NCBI GenBank assembly: GCA_937919125.1
Contig: CALFOB010000146.1
Span: 1 to 39,857 of the forward strand
DNA from: an uncultured Micrococcales bacterium
Lineage (GTDB): Bacteria > Actinomycetota > Actinomycetes > Actinomycetales > Microbacteriaceae
DNA length: 39,857 nt
Reading direction: 5' to 3'
This document shows positions 1 to 9,790 of the stretch, one piece after another (position 1 is the stretch's first letter; each line of letters opens with the position of its first letter). The position numbers and the translations under genes are program-made. The notes under the pieces are model-generated. The model did not search any database and was not told the origin of the DNA. It saw only the letters and a list, made by a program, of their open reading frames with translations.

Positions 1-49
1 CAGTCAAATCTTTAAGCACCGTTCAAAGAGTTGCGCTTGTGCTAGGTAG
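1..49 (+). CDS. 3' end of an upstream small Cys-containing protein (partial)
   Basis: Frame 2 reads SQIFKHRSKSCACAR* with TAG at 47-49, overlapping the GTG start of the next gene. Confidence 0.4.
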   Translation, partial: SQIFKHRSKSCACAR

Positions 50-1001
50 CCTGAAGCCCGAACCAAAGTGGGAGCCAGTGCAAGCAGCGAAACCAGTAAC
101 AATCACGGCACCTAAACCACACAAGCAACCCAAAACCAAACACAAGGTACACGTTGCTTTACCTGACCCGCAAATTGGGTACCGTTTCATCGACAACAAG
201 TGGAGCGAGTTCCACGATGAACAAGCAATGGATGTTGCTTTACAGATCGTCTCCTACCTTGCAGACAACGACCGCGTAGACAGCGTTATCAACCTTGGCG
301 ACTATCTAGACTTACCAACCTTCGGCAGATTTGAACAAGAAGCAGCCTTCGCAGGCACTACGCAAAACGCTTTCAACCGTGGACACTTGTTCCTTCAACA
401 GCAGCGAGCTGCAGCAGGCCCAGACGCACACATTGTCCTCATCGAAGGCAACCACGACCGCAGGCTTGAAAAGTTTATTCAAACCAACGCTGCAGCAGCA
501 TGGGGGTTGAAGCGTGCAAACGCAGACGAGCTGCCAGTAATGAGCATCCCTTACCTGCTTCGCCTAGATGAAATTGGAGTTGAATATATCGATGCGTATC
601 CGGCAGGTGCTTATTGGCTCACGTCAAACCTACGCGCAGTACACGGTAACAAAGCAAGATCAAACGGATCAACCGCTTCTGCTTACACCAATGCGGATCC
701 CCACATCTCAACCATCTTCGGACACGCTCACAGACTTGAGCTCCAATCAAAAACAGTCTTCAACCGTGACGGACACATCAGGTCTATCGCCGTCTCTCCG
801 GGTTGCCTATGCCGCGTCGATGGCGCAGTTCCTAGCGTTAACGGAAGTACGAAAATTGATGGAACATCTGCACGCTATCACGAAAACTGGCAGAACGGAA
901 TCTGCGTAGTCACCATCGAAGATGAGCAGCCGTTCTATGAGCTAGTGCAAATCGATTCTGGTGTCGCTTGGTTTAGAGGGAAGAAGTTTACCGCGAAGTA
1001 A
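39..1001 (+). CDS. Calcineurin-like metallophosphoesterase
   Basis: Motifs PDPQIG, LGDYLD, EGNHD, VHG, GHAH in canonical order. Confidence 0.88.
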   Translation: MLGSLKPEPKWEPVQAAKPVTITAPKPHKQPKTKHKVHVALPDPQIGYRFIDNKWSEFHDEQAMDVALQIVSYLADNDRVDSVINLGDYLDLPTFGRFEQEAAFAGTTQNAFNRGHLFLQQQRAAAGPDAHIVLIEGNHDRRLEKFIQTNAAAAWGLKRANADELPVMSIPYLLRLDEIGVEYIDAYPAGAYWLTSNLRAVHGNKARSNGSTASAYTNADPHISTIFGHAHRLELQSKTVFNRDGHIRSIAVSPGCLCRVDGAVPSVNGSTKIDGTSARYHENWQNGICVVTIEDEQPFYELVQIDSGVAWFRGKKFTAK

Positions 1002-1614
1002 GTCTTTTACTTTCCGCTTCCAAAACTTCTTGAGTTGTCGCCTTTGTTTTGGCGTCATGTAGCCACCAGTCCACACCTAATTCTCCTTCTGGAATAAACG
1101 GCTTAGTGTGCTCAGGGCGCTCGCCGTAAGCTGGATCGTTTTGCGCATGCCAAGTGTTGTGGCAATGATCGCAAATGCGATGAAGGTTAGCTGGAGCATT
1201 GTTCATTGTATTTTTATCTGGACCATGATGCCTGTCCGATGCAGGTCTACCAATACATCCGACAATTGGCTTAACGCCACCGCCAGCTTTTGCGAGTCCC
1301 GCCCATTCGCACTGCATTCCAGCAGATATGGGATACATTTCTTTTGCGCGCTTGCGTCCGGTAGAGATAGGATCCGTGTACTCACTAAGGCTCTTATTGC
1401 CTGAGTACCCGTCGTTGATATATCCATTGTCAATCTCTCCGGTATCAAAGCCTGCTTCGACGGCATCTTCAGCAAGCACATTGCCTGCCATGTCAAACTT
1501 TATTTCGCCACCGCAACAACACTCTTGTTCAATGACGTCAAGCCAGACTGATTCACACTCGTTGTGAAATCCTGCCCTGCAACCAAAGCAAGGGTTATCT
1601 CTTCCAGTACTCAT
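988..1614 (-). CDS. HNH-like endonuclease domain protein with N-terminal Cys cluster
   Basis: DRHH..N..NLHRICDHCHNTWH motif; ATG at 1614 preceded by AAGGA, preferred over the ORF-track start at 1656. Confidence 0.65.
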   Translation of the reverse strand: MSTGRDNPCFGCRAGFHNECESVWLDVIEQECCCGGEIKFDMAGNVLAEDAVEAGFDTGEIDNGYINDGYSGNKSLSEYTDPISTGRKRAKEMYPISAGMQCEWAGLAKAGGGVKPIVGCIGRPASDRHHGPDKNTMNNAPANLHRICDHCHNTWHAQNDPAYGERPEHTKPFIPEGELGVDWWLHDAKTKATTQEVLEAESKRLTSR

Positions 1615-4105
1615 CTTTTTCCTTGTCATCAATGTAACCGAGGATGTCATCAACACTTGACTTGTTGTTGGTGCTGTCGATCTTTAGCAACTCCACACCA
1701 ATAAACATGCGGTAGCCTGCAGTTTCTGACTCTTGCACGCCTAGACGACCCTTAACTTCACGGCCAAGAGCGTTCTGCGTGATTGGCTTCTCACCATTCT
1801 CGTTACACCAGTCACGGTAAGCGTTATACAAAGAAACCTTAGTGACCACAGCAGTGTCAGCAAGAAGAGTTTTCTCGTCCAAGAACTTGGCAATGTGGTC
1901 TTCTTCATGACGGTAAGACTGGGTTGCCATCTTGACAGACTCAGGCTCGTTGAAGCCTTGAGTGCTAACACGCACAGCACCCTCAATCATCCACTGCAAA
2001 ATACCTGCGCCCTCTTCGGCTACAAGTTTTCCACTCAAACCTTCTTTGCGTTTTTCAACTGGGATAGTTTTCTTGAAATCGATTTTTCGAAGCCTACGCC
2101 AGAACCCATCACCACCAGATTTAACTTCAGGAAGATGGTTAACTGCCATAAAGAGAGTGTGCGTGGGTTTGAAATCGAAAAAGTTTTGCCCCATAAAGCG
2201 AGCACTAAGAGTATCGCCACCTGTAAGCATCTTGACGCGAGATTCGTTGAACTTACCGTCAGGACGCGTCTCTGATGCCACTGCAAGTCGAACTCCGCGA
2301 AGGCGTGCGATGTCCGCTGGATGAGCATTCCCAGTAGTGTCCAACAAGAAATTTTCTGGCATTGTGGCTGCGTAGTCATTTAGAATCCCTGCGATAACGT
2401 CGATGATCGTTGATTTACCGTTGGCTCCAGTTCCCACAAAGACGGGTAGGACGTGGAAGCGTGAGTCCCCAAATAGTGACGCACCAAACAGTTCTTGCAC
2501 ATACATAATTCGGTCCGGGTCTTCAATAGTTTCTTTGAGAAACGCGTCCCATAAAGGAGTAGCCATTGCTCGCGGGGTGACGGCGGTTTGCCGTGTGTTG
2601 AGGTCCACACCCTTGACAGCAGGTCTAATTTCGCCAGTGAGTAGGTTGACAATTCCGTCAGGTGTGCAGATGTTATTTGCCTCTGCGTCCAACTCGATCG
2701 CGGAGATAAGAATTTCTGGGCTAGTTGCGCTAATAGCAATCGCATTAGTTAGTCGGTCCTTGTTCTTTGACGACTCAATCCAACGCTTACCTTCTTTACC
2801 CATCTCAAGGGTGATAGCAGGCTGGAGGGCATCAATAGCGGTCTGAATGATTGATTTGTCTTTATCTGCGACGTAACGTGAACCGTCCCAGTAATGCCAT
2901 CCAACATCGGTAACATGGCGGTACTGGCCTTGCATCCAATAGTTGAGACGGAAAGAGTTTGAAGCATCGTTGAAGCCTAAAACGTTTACTGAGTTCTGGT
3001 AAACCTCACGAAGGTTCGCCCTCCCATCCTCCTCAGAAGGCTGCATGAGAGGCTCAGAGCCGTCAGTGACAAGGTTGTTGTGCTGGTGACGTCTGACCTC
3101 TTCCTTGAGCTTCTCAGGGGTCATCGCTTCAACACGTGCAATAGCCCAACGAGAAGCCGATTCGACTTCACCCTTGTTCATTTCACGAGCAGGCGCAACC
3201 TTCAAAAAGTCACGGAACTGGTTATCCAAGGTGCGTACAAGTTCGTGCGCTGAATGCTCAGTCAAGCAACCGTTACGGTGTGCAGCATTGATCTTGATGA
3301 GTTGCTGAACTAACCAACCGTGGCGAGACTTTGGTGCACCATTAGTTGGCGCTACAGACGAGAAGAGGTACGAGACCCAGTGGCAGTCGTGCTCTGCATA
3401 CTCCCAAGAATTTGCTCCACTGACTCGCTCGAAAGCGTCTGGTGCGGTATGGACAGATGTGAACCCATGGGTGATGAGTATGTCATCGAGCTCGTCGAGG
3501 CTGAGTGGTCGCCAAGCACTGGGAAACGAAACGCTCGTGGCAACCGGGTTATCCGCATCTTTGAAATTAATTGAACCGGGTGCGCGGAAGATACGTGGTA
3601 AATCGAATACAGAGTCGACTTCCCCGTCTTGCGAAGCAGCAACCCAGCGAACGAATTGGCCCCAACGAGCCAAAACGCCCGACGCTTGCTCTTGTGTGTA
3701 GTCTTCTGCAGGGTCAATCGCCCAATACGGCTGCAAACCATGACCTGAATGCACGACCGCCGTAGGTTCAACACCAATGAGATCTGACAGCAAGTCGACC
3801 AGTCCTGATGCGTTTTCTGGGCTTTGAACCCCAGTTTCTTTAAAGTCAATGTCAGCCCATACGGCAGACAAACGACTAATGTCGTCTGCTTTGGCGCGGC
3901 CCGATGCGTTACTTGGATTGATTTCATACCAAACATTTGCTTTCATGTCAGTCAACGCTTCAACAATAGTGTCAGCGAATTGAAGTTTAGTTTGCTTCAC
4001 ACGGAAGCCTTGGGTAGCAGACTGGTAGCAGACAGTAACGTTCTGGTCTTGCTCGTAACCGAGTCGCTCTAGAAGTTCTTGAAAAGGCTTGGTCATGGCC
4101 GTCAT
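1595..4105 (-). CDS. DNA primase-helicase (RepB/AEP-like primase + D5_N + SF3 helicase, P4-family)
   Basis: WADID, HSGHGLQPYW, RIFRAPGSIN in the N-terminus; GWHYWDG D5_N-like region; Walker A GTGANGKST; KMLTGGD..ARFM; GAAAGGA RBS. Confidence 0.92.
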   Translation of the reverse strand: MTAMTKPFQELLERLGYEQDQNVTVCYQSATQGFRVKQTKLQFADTIVEALTDMKANVWYEINPSNASGRAKADDISRLSAVWADIDFKETGVQSPENASGLVDLLSDLIGVEPTAVVHSGHGLQPYWAIDPAEDYTQEQASGVLARWGQFVRWVAASQDGEVDSVFDLPRIFRAPGSINFKDADNPVATSVSFPSAWRPLSLDELDDILITHGFTSVHTAPDAFERVSGANSWEYAEHDCHWVSYLFSSVAPTNGAPKSRHGWLVQQLIKINAAHRNGCLTEHSAHELVRTLDNQFRDFLKVAPAREMNKGEVESASRWAIARVEAMTPEKLKEEVRRHQHNNLVTDGSEPLMQPSEEDGRANLREVYQNSVNVLGFNDASNSFRLNYWMQGQYRHVTDVGWHYWDGSRYVADKDKSIIQTAIDALQPAITLEMGKEGKRWIESSKNKDRLTNAIAISATSPEILISAIELDAEANNICTPDGIVNLLTGEIRPAVKGVDLNTRQTAVTPRAMATPLWDAFLKETIEDPDRIMYVQELFGASLFGDSRFHVLPVFVGTGANGKSTIIDVIAGILNDYAATMPENFLLDTTGNAHPADIARLRGVRLAVASETRPDGKFNESRVKMLTGGDTLSARFMGQNFFDFKPTHTLFMAVNHLPEVKSGGDGFWRRLRKIDFKKTIPVEKRKEGLSGKLVAEEGAGILQWMIEGAVRVSTQGFNEPESVKMATQSYRHEEDHIAKFLDEKTLLADTAVVTKVSLYNAYRDWCNENGEKPITQNALGREVKGRLGVQESETAGYRMFIGVELLKIDSTNNKSSVDDILGYIDDKEKDEYWKR

Positions 4106-4130
4106 TGGTAAATCCTTTCGAGGTTGGGAA

Positions 4131-4162
4131 GGGGGTGCAGGGAAGGGAATACCTGCACCCCC
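4131..4162. terminator. GC-rich hairpin between the SSB and primase genes
   Basis: gggggtgcagg / cctgcaccccc perfect 11-bp stem; weak U tract. Confidence 0.55.
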
Positions 4163-4174
4163 ATCAAAGGGAGC

Positions 4175-4792
4175 TTAGAAGGTTTCTAGAGCTGAGATAA
4201 CGGCGTACTTGTTAACGCCCATAGTCTCAGCAATTTCGCCATCATCGAGACCCGCAGCTGAAAGCTTCTGGATCTTTGCGATTTGCTCTGCTGATAGTTT
4301 ATCAGATACCTCTTCAGCGCCGGTGCCCAATACTGCGTCAACAGCCTTAGACGAACCAGTGCCAGCCTCCAACTTAACCGCATACAACTTGGTTGCGTTG
4401 AAACGCTTGTTAGCGTTCGGCTTCTCACCTGAGAAGGTGATGGTGATTACCTGACCTACAGCAACAGGCTTACCGAACTCTTTAACGGCAGCCTTCATAG
4501 CGGTTAGCTTTGCGCCAACAAGGTAAAGCTTGCGGGTGCCGTCATCTTCAGGGTTGGTTGGGTCAGTGTACTCAGTGTCCAAGGTTAGAACAACCTGCAG
4601 CTGAGGCTTGCCGTCGTCCCAGAACTTTGGCTCATTGGTGTCAAAGTCACGAACCTGAGCAGTCTCAAGAGCAGTGATGGTACCAGTGAACGAGTCACCA
4701 ATCTTTGAGTCCTTGAACGAGATTGATGGAACTGAAACGGTGGTGAATAGTGAGTTTGGATCTGGAAGGTTTACTTCTTGAATGTTTACCAT
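4175..4792 (-). CDS. Putative ssDNA-binding protein with C-terminal HTH-like tail
   Basis: OB-fold-like pattern (GDSFTGTI..QVRDFDT..FWDDGKP..V+TL) and position between exonuclease and primase. Confidence 0.65.
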   Translation of the reverse strand: MVNIQEVNLPDPNSLFTTVSVPSISFKDSKIGDSFTGTITALETAQVRDFDTNEPKFWDDGKPQLQVVLTLDTEYTDPTNPEDDGTRKLYLVGAKLTAMKAAVKEFGKPVAVGQVITITFSGEKPNANKRFNATKLYAVKLEAGTGSSKAVDAVLGTGAEEVSDKLSAEQIAKIQKLSAAGLDDGEIAETMGVNKYAVISALETF

Positions 4793-4824
4793 TTTATTTT
4801 TGCTTTCTATGTTTTTTATTTGTT

Positions 4825-5574
4825 TTATCTTTGGATGAACGACTCAAGGTCGTCCTGCTCATTCGCTTCATACTTTTTACAGTCGAAACAAAATGATGCT
4901 TTTGGTTGCTTCTCAATGACCTTATCCCAGCCAACAATTTCTGCAGCATCGATAAGAACTTCAAGAGCAGCGAGTGCCTCCATTGCCACTCGTTCGTCAT
5001 AACGTAGCATAACAACCTGCGCTTCTGACAAATCTTTGTCGCGTGGCAAAAAAGTCAACGACACATGTGTGACGTCATAACCTTTCTTGACCCAGCCCAA
5101 ACCATACAACATGGCCTGTACGCGATACTGGTCTTTAATCTTGCCTTTAGCAGCTTCACTAAGAGCTCTCGTGCCAACAACTTTCCAGTCGTTGACAACA
5201 CCCGCCTTAGCATACATGTCGCAAGAACCACCAAGTTCTAAACCTTTGTAAGAGTGTACGTGTAGACGGTTTTCTAGAAGATAGTCGTCAGACCATTCAC
5301 GCCCGGCAAAGCCATCCTCTAACGCTTGGTGTACTGCGGTGCCAACAAACGGAAACCAACCACCTGAAACATCTTTAGGTTTTTCAGCAAGCTTACGGGC
5401 AACACACTTGCGACAATCTGAACCAACCTCGCTAATACCAATGATCTTCTGGTGCGAACGTTCAGTAATGTACAACTCTTGAATGCGACGCAACCAAGTG
5501 TGGGCAGTGTCGTAAGCCTTCCGGTCTGCCTCAGTGTAATCACTAGGCTTAGCTTCTAAAATCTGTACAGGCAT
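4825..5574 (-). CDS. Cas4-like PD-(D/E)XK exonuclease
   Basis: SEVG..C, GTAVH, GSCD..DWK, QAMLYG, C-terminal CFDC. Confidence 0.85.
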   Translation of the reverse strand: MPVQILEAKPSDYTEADRKAYDTAHTWLRRIQELYITERSHQKIIGISEVGSDCRKCVARKLAEKPKDVSGGWFPFVGTAVHQALEDGFAGREWSDDYLLENRLHVHSYKGLELGGSCDMYAKAGVVNDWKVVGTRALSEAAKGKIKDQYRVQAMLYGLGWVKKGYDVTHVSLTFLPRDKDLSEAQVVMLRYDERVAMEALAALEVLIDAAEIVGWDKVIEKQPKASFCFDCKKYEANEQDDLESFIQR

Positions 5575-5600
5575 CTCTTGTCTCTTTCAGTTGGGTGTTC

Positions 5601-5606
5601 AGTCTA
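5601..5606 (-). promoter_or_regulatory. Putative -10 box (TAGACT) for the replication operon
   Basis: TANNNT hexamer in the short intergenic gap upstream of the exonuclease RBS. Confidence 0.4.
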
Positions 5607-5615
5607 TACCTAAGG

Positions 5616-6305
5616 TCAGACATTATGCAGAACAAATGTTTGAACAGGGTGCAAGTTGTTATAAACAACGTTCACACCGTCACCTTTAGGGTTCCAATCG
5701 TAGCGAAGACGCATCGGCACAAACCCTTTACGTGACAGAATCTTATCCAACATGTCCACAATGACAATCAAGTCATCCGACTCGACAGCAGTCACTTCAT
5801 GGCCGAACTTGATGAAACTAATCTTCTTAGAAATCTTCAACGGTTCAACAATGATCCGAGGGTCACGAGGCTCCTCAGGGTGAACCGTCAACAACTCTTC
5901 ACGAAGCCTCTTAGCTTCCTCCAACATCGCCTGCTTGTCATACTGACCCAAAGCCAACTTATGCTTCATACACAAGAAACTCGTTGGCACCGCGTTGCTA
6001 TTGCAACCTTCTTCACGACAAGGGATAGTTTTCTTCAAAATCAAAGCACGCTGCTCATAATAATGTTTGCGACACAGGTTCTTTGCCGTCGTACGATCGT
6101 TGCAATCGTCACGCTTACAATACTTGCCAAGCTTCTCATAACGCACCGGAATCAACCCTTGCGCTTCTTTACGCCTGTCACGCATCATGCGCTCATAATG
6201 CGAGTCACACAACATCTTTGCTTCAACAGGCTTACCACATTCAGGCTCGGTACAAATCATGCCCTTGGCCTTCATCTTGGTAGAAGGCTTACGCTTACTT
6301 GGCAT
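5616..6305 (-). CDS. Protein with three C-x4-C-x9/10-C-x2-H Zn-finger-like repeats
   Basis: CTEPEC..LCDSHY, CKRDDC..LCRKHY, CREEGC..LCMKH. Confidence 0.75.
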   Translation of the reverse strand: MPSKRKPSTKMKAKGMICTEPECGKPVEAKMLCDSHYERMMRDRRKEAQGLIPVRYEKLGKYCKRDDCNDRTTAKNLCRKHYYEQRALILKKTIPCREEGCNSNAVPTSFLCMKHKLALGQYDKQAMLEEAKRLREELLTVHPEEPRDPRIIVEPLKISKKISFIKFGHEVTAVESDDLIVIVDMLDKILSRKGFVPMRLRYDWNPKGDGVNVVYNNLHPVQTFVLHNV

Positions 6306-6507
6306 TGTTCTGTTCCTTGATAAGTTTGATAAGCCTCACAGCTTCAAAGCAAGTATGACAATGCTCTGAATCTAAAGGCTTGCAGTATTCCGTTTGACTC
6401 TCAGCGTCTTCTTGGAGCAACTTGATGATGCGCTCTTGCTCGGCTTGTTTGCCGTCATAGAACCCTGTCGTGTAACCCTTGTCAGGTTGGTCAGGTGTGT
6501 GACTCAC
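6295..6507 (-). CDS. Hypothetical protein
   Basis: Overlaps both neighbours in the operon; GAGGG RBS; ERIIKLL..CHTC motif. Confidence 0.7.
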   Translation of the reverse strand: MSHTPDQPDKGYTTGFYDGKQAEQERIIKLLQEDAESQTEYCKPLDSEHCHTCFEAVRLIKLIKEQNNAK

Positions 6508-6935
6508 TTGTTTCCCTCGATAAGCAAAAAGTGCCTAATAACATCAGCAATGAAGTCCTGAGATGGAAACTTATCCTCACGCTTGATAACCCACCAGATG
6601 TTGTGCATAATCTCATCATCGTAAGTGCGGTCAAGAATCATGTCATGCTCTACCGCTTTGCCGTAAGCAACAGCCTCATCCCAGAGTTCTTTAGGGGTTC
6701 TTGGAGCTTCTTCCATGTAGTAAGGGTTTGTTGCTACTGCTCCGCAATTGCAGGTTGCAGTTGCCAGTCCTTCGCTAAAGTCAAATCCGCAATGATGGCT
6801 TGGGCTTTTACGCCTATACGCTTCGGTGTCATTAGCAAGTATCTTGTAGCCTTTCTCTATCTCGCGACAACAACATCTATCTGGCACGCTATCCCATAAA
6901 CATTCGCCACAGCATTTTCCTTTATGTTTACTCAT
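6504..6935 (-). CDS. Hypothetical Cys-rich protein
   Basis: Coupled start/stop overlaps, GAGGG RBS. Confidence 0.7.
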   Translation of the reverse strand: MSKHKGKCCGECLWDSVPDRCCCREIEKGYKILANDTEAYRRKSPSHHCGFDFSEGLATATCNCGAVATNPYYMEEAPRTPKELWDEAVAYGKAVEHDMILDRTYDDEIMHNIWWVIKREDKFPSQDFIADVIRHFLLIEGNK

Positions 6936-7051
6936 TTGTTTCCCTCTCTAAACGCTTCACAGGTTTCGCAGACTGTTGGTGCTACACAAAAACAATGCAA
7001 ACAATTTATGTCACGACAATCTGGGCAATGATAGTCAGGTAATTCGCTCAC
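6932..7051 (-). CDS. 39-aa Cys-rich microprotein (not in ORF track)
   Basis: MSELPDYHCPDCRDINCLHCFCVAPTVCETCEAFREGNK; GTGA and ATGA overlaps fill the gap exactly. Confidence 0.65.
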   Translation of the reverse strand: MSELPDYHCPDCRDINCLHCFCVAPTVCETCEAFREGNK

Positions 7052-8571
7052 TTCTGCTCCTTCAACACACGAGCAATAATGTCCCGCCCAAACACAACAC
7101 CACGAGCACCATCAAGAAGCTTACGAGTCGTCTTATAACGCTTACCAACCTTCTCAGCAATCGCCTGATCAATAGTGTCCACAGCAATAAGATTCCAAAT
7201 CGTCACATGGTGCATGTTCGACGCACGATGCACACGATCCTCAATCTGCTCAATACGATCCGGGTCATACGGACTATCCAACATAATCAAGTCGTCGGCA
7301 GCATCCAAATTAATGCCAACACCCATAGAACCAGACAACAACACCACACGAAGATTGCCCTGTTGAAACTCACGCTGGATTTCAGCACGATGATTGTCAG
7401 GGGTAGAACCATCAAGCACACTAGAACCAATACCTGCAACATCCAACTCCTTCTGCAACCAATGCAACACCTTCGCAAACTGCGAAACAATAACAACCTT
7501 TGCCTTGTTATCAGCCATGTCATCCTGCTCCAAAAAGCCACGCTCCCGGAACCACCCCATCAACCAATCCAACTTAGCTGAGCTACCGCCAACAACAGGC
7601 ACCGGTGTCCCATCAACATCAGTCCAAGAACAAGCAGCAATCTGACGGGCACGCAAAGCAAACACCATCGCCTCACCCGAATCTCGCTCCTCCAACTTGG
7701 CATCATAAATCTTTTTCTCAGACACCATCTGCTGAATAAAATACTCAGAACGCTGCTCTTTACCCAACTCAATCTCAACATCCACATAACGCTTAGGTGG
7801 CAGCTGAGGCAACACTTCCTGCTTAGTTCTACGGATCATCCACTGTCGGTCGCGTTCCAACCATTCAGCCTCAGACTTCAAACCCATAGGCACCTTAATA
7901 GTCCTATTACGGGCAACCTGCATCTCAGACATCCAAAAGTTCTGTTCCATCCAAACAAACTTGCTCGACGGCACACGCTCAGGATGCAAAAACAACCAAG
8001 TGCCATAACGGTTATCTAACTTGCCACGATCAGGCGTACCAGACACGGCCACACGAATACACTCATTCGACATAGCAATCTTCGACAAACCCTTCCAAAA
8101 GTTAGTCAACTTACGCAAATCACGAATAGGCAACACCATGTGCGACTCATCAACAATCACCGCATCATAAACAAAACGGTTCAAATCCTTGACACGCAAA
8201 CCCTGCTTAGTCATGTCCACCGCATTATGGTTAGCCAACACAATGTTTGCCCGATCAGCAGACCACACACTCATAGCCTTAGCTTTCTGACTAGCTGTGC
8301 CCTTAGACACATCAACAAGGTTCACCAAGTCATAGCGAGGCTTCACAAAACGCTCAACAGTGTCCCGCCAAGTAGTCTGTGCGTTAATAATCGGAGTAAT
8401 GATCAGAATGTTGCTAGGACGCTCAAACAAACCATCAAGCTCCAAAGAACCCAACACTTCAAGGGTTTTACCTAAGCCCGGCTGGTCTGCCAGAAGGATC
8501 CGTCTCGACTCGGTTATCCTCCTAGCAGCCAACTGCTGATAGTCATACAAGACCTCATCAACCAGAGACAC
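7048..8571 (-). CDS. SNF2-family DNA helicase
   Basis: LADQPGLGKT, DESH, SGTP, MIRRTK, GVGINL, QIEDRVHR; GTG start at 8571 with AAGGGG upstream. Confidence 0.92.
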   Translation of the reverse strand: MSLVDEVLYDYQQLAARRITESRRILLADQPGLGKTLEVLGSLELDGLFERPSNILIITPIINAQTTWRDTVERFVKPRYDLVNLVDVSKGTASQKAKAMSVWSADRANIVLANHNAVDMTKQGLRVKDLNRFVYDAVIVDESHMVLPIRDLRKLTNFWKGLSKIAMSNECIRVAVSGTPDRGKLDNRYGTWLFLHPERVPSSKFVWMEQNFWMSEMQVARNRTIKVPMGLKSEAEWLERDRQWMIRRTKQEVLPQLPPKRYVDVEIELGKEQRSEYFIQQMVSEKKIYDAKLEERDSGEAMVFALRARQIAACSWTDVDGTPVPVVGGSSAKLDWLMGWFRERGFLEQDDMADNKAKVVIVSQFAKVLHWLQKELDVAGIGSSVLDGSTPDNHRAEIQREFQQGNLRVVLLSGSMGVGINLDAADDLIMLDSPYDPDRIEQIEDRVHRASNMHHVTIWNLIAVDTIDQAIAEKVGKRYKTTRKLLDGARGVVFGRDIIARVLKEQK

Positions 8572-8659
8572 TGGCGCACCCCTTACACATAGGCACAGCC
8601 TTATTCTCGTCGCACTCTTCCCAGTCAAACCAGTTGTCGCACTCAACACACATAAACAT
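8558..8659 (-). CDS. 33-aa Zn-ribbon microprotein (not in ORF track)
   Basis: MFMCVECDNWFDWEECDENKAVPMCKGCASVSG; TGATG overlap with the upstream gene. Confidence 0.6.
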   Translation of the reverse strand: MFMCVECDNWFDWEECDENKAVPMCKGCASVSG

Positions 8660-8922
8660 CAGTTGACCCCTTCAAACTCTTCACGAACCTCATCGCAAGT
8701 GCAACTAGCACCATGCTCACAAACCTCAGGCTCATTCTGACCACAAGTGCCACAACCCTCATCGGAACAAAGAGTGCAGAAGAAGTTGCCTTTCACCTCA
8801 GCACACAAGTTGTTAGCCTGACAAGCTGAAATCTTCTCACCACACTTATAGCAAGGGTTCAACCACTGGTCATCAACAAAACGCTTCATACCAGAAGTTT
8901 CAGTAATCCATACATAAACCAT
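8659..8922 (-). CDS. Hypothetical Cys-rich protein
   Basis: Multiple CxxC motifs; AAGGGG RBS. Confidence 0.7.
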   Translation of the reverse strand: MVYVWITETSGMKRFVDDQWLNPCYKCGEKISACQANNLCAEVKGNFFCTLCSDEGCGTCGQNEPEVCEHGASCTCDEVREEFEGVN

Positions 8923-8933
8923 TTTTATTCCCC

Positions 8934-9314
8934 TTAGTGAATAGTTAGACGGCTCTTAGAAGAGCGCTTATAAAGCTCAGGATAATCAACCAAAGCAAAC
9001 ATTTCCTTGACCACATCAGTCAAAACAGCTGTCTCACGCCAACGAGCAATACTCGCAACCTTAGCACCGTGAACCAACAGAACATCCTTGTTGCCAATAG
9101 CATCCTTGATAATGGCTTCAATCTCAACCTTACGAGCAGTCAAACGCTTGATCTCATCAGCAAGGCTCGCACGCTCAGCCAACAACTCAGAGGCAAGAAT
9201 AGGATCAGAGGCTTCAACAGCGCTCTTATCATCCTTAGTGGCCTTAGGCGCACCAGTAATCAACACAGCCTTAGCATCCTTCACTAGGCTCTCGTAATCT
9301 TCAATGCTTTTCAT
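8934..9314 (-). CDS. Hypothetical coiled-coil protein
   Basis: AAGGAGAG RBS; fits operon packing. Confidence 0.8.
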   Translation of the reverse strand: MKSIEDYESLVKDAKAVLITGAPKATKDDKSAVEASDPILASELLAERASLADEIKRLTARKVEIEAIIKDAIGNKDVLLVHGAKVASIARWRETAVLTDVVKEMFALVDYPELYKRSSKSRLTIH

Positions 9315-9326
9315 GCTTTCTCTCCT

Positions 9327-9578
9327 TTATTCTGCTTTACCTTCAATAATGTCTAGCAAAACGGTTTGCGAGACAAATCTATTATTACTCGAAGTTGGCG
9401 TAAAAAACGCAACATGGTAAAAGTTTTTTATAGTCCTACCCTGAACAATAGTCAAAGCAAGACCATCCTTCACATAAGAACCCTCATACAACGGATTACC
9501 ACCGTCATACAGCTTCCATCCGTAAAACTCTAAAGAGTCGCGGATAACCTTATTCAACGGCTTAGGCTTGATCATCAC
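9327..9578 (-). CDS. Hypothetical protein
   Basis: Operon packing. Confidence 0.65.
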   Translation of the reverse strand: MMIKPKPLNKVIRDSLEFYGWKLYDGGNPLYEGSYVKDGLALTIVQGRTIKNFYHVAFFTPTSSNNRFVSQTVLLDIIEGKAE

Positions 9579-9753
9579 AAATCACCCACAACGCAAGACC
9601 ATAAGCGCCAAGAGTCAAAGCTGTCTGTAAAACAATCACACCCAATGGCGCATCCAAACTGGCCTCCAACAACAACATAAACAGTTGCGCATGAGCCAAA
9701 ACCTGCGTCATTGTGCTAGCATACTTGTATGCCTTTGGTCGGGCATAACTCAT
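9562..9753 (-). CDS. Small membrane protein
   Basis: Start at 9753 after the AACC/GAAAGGAG leader; two hydrophobic segments. Confidence 0.65.
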   Translation of the reverse strand: MSYARPKAYKYASTMTQVLAHAQLFMLLLEASLDAPLGVIVLQTALTLGAYGLALWVICDDQA

Positions 9754-9790
9754 AATGGTGCTCCTTTCATTATTTGGTTGGTTGAATGGG

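Noticed and set aside
5799-8475. Long plus-strand ORFs (5799-6320, 6976-7581, 8140-8475)
   Set aside because: Shadow ORFs antisense to real genes, favoured by the A/C-rich plus strand
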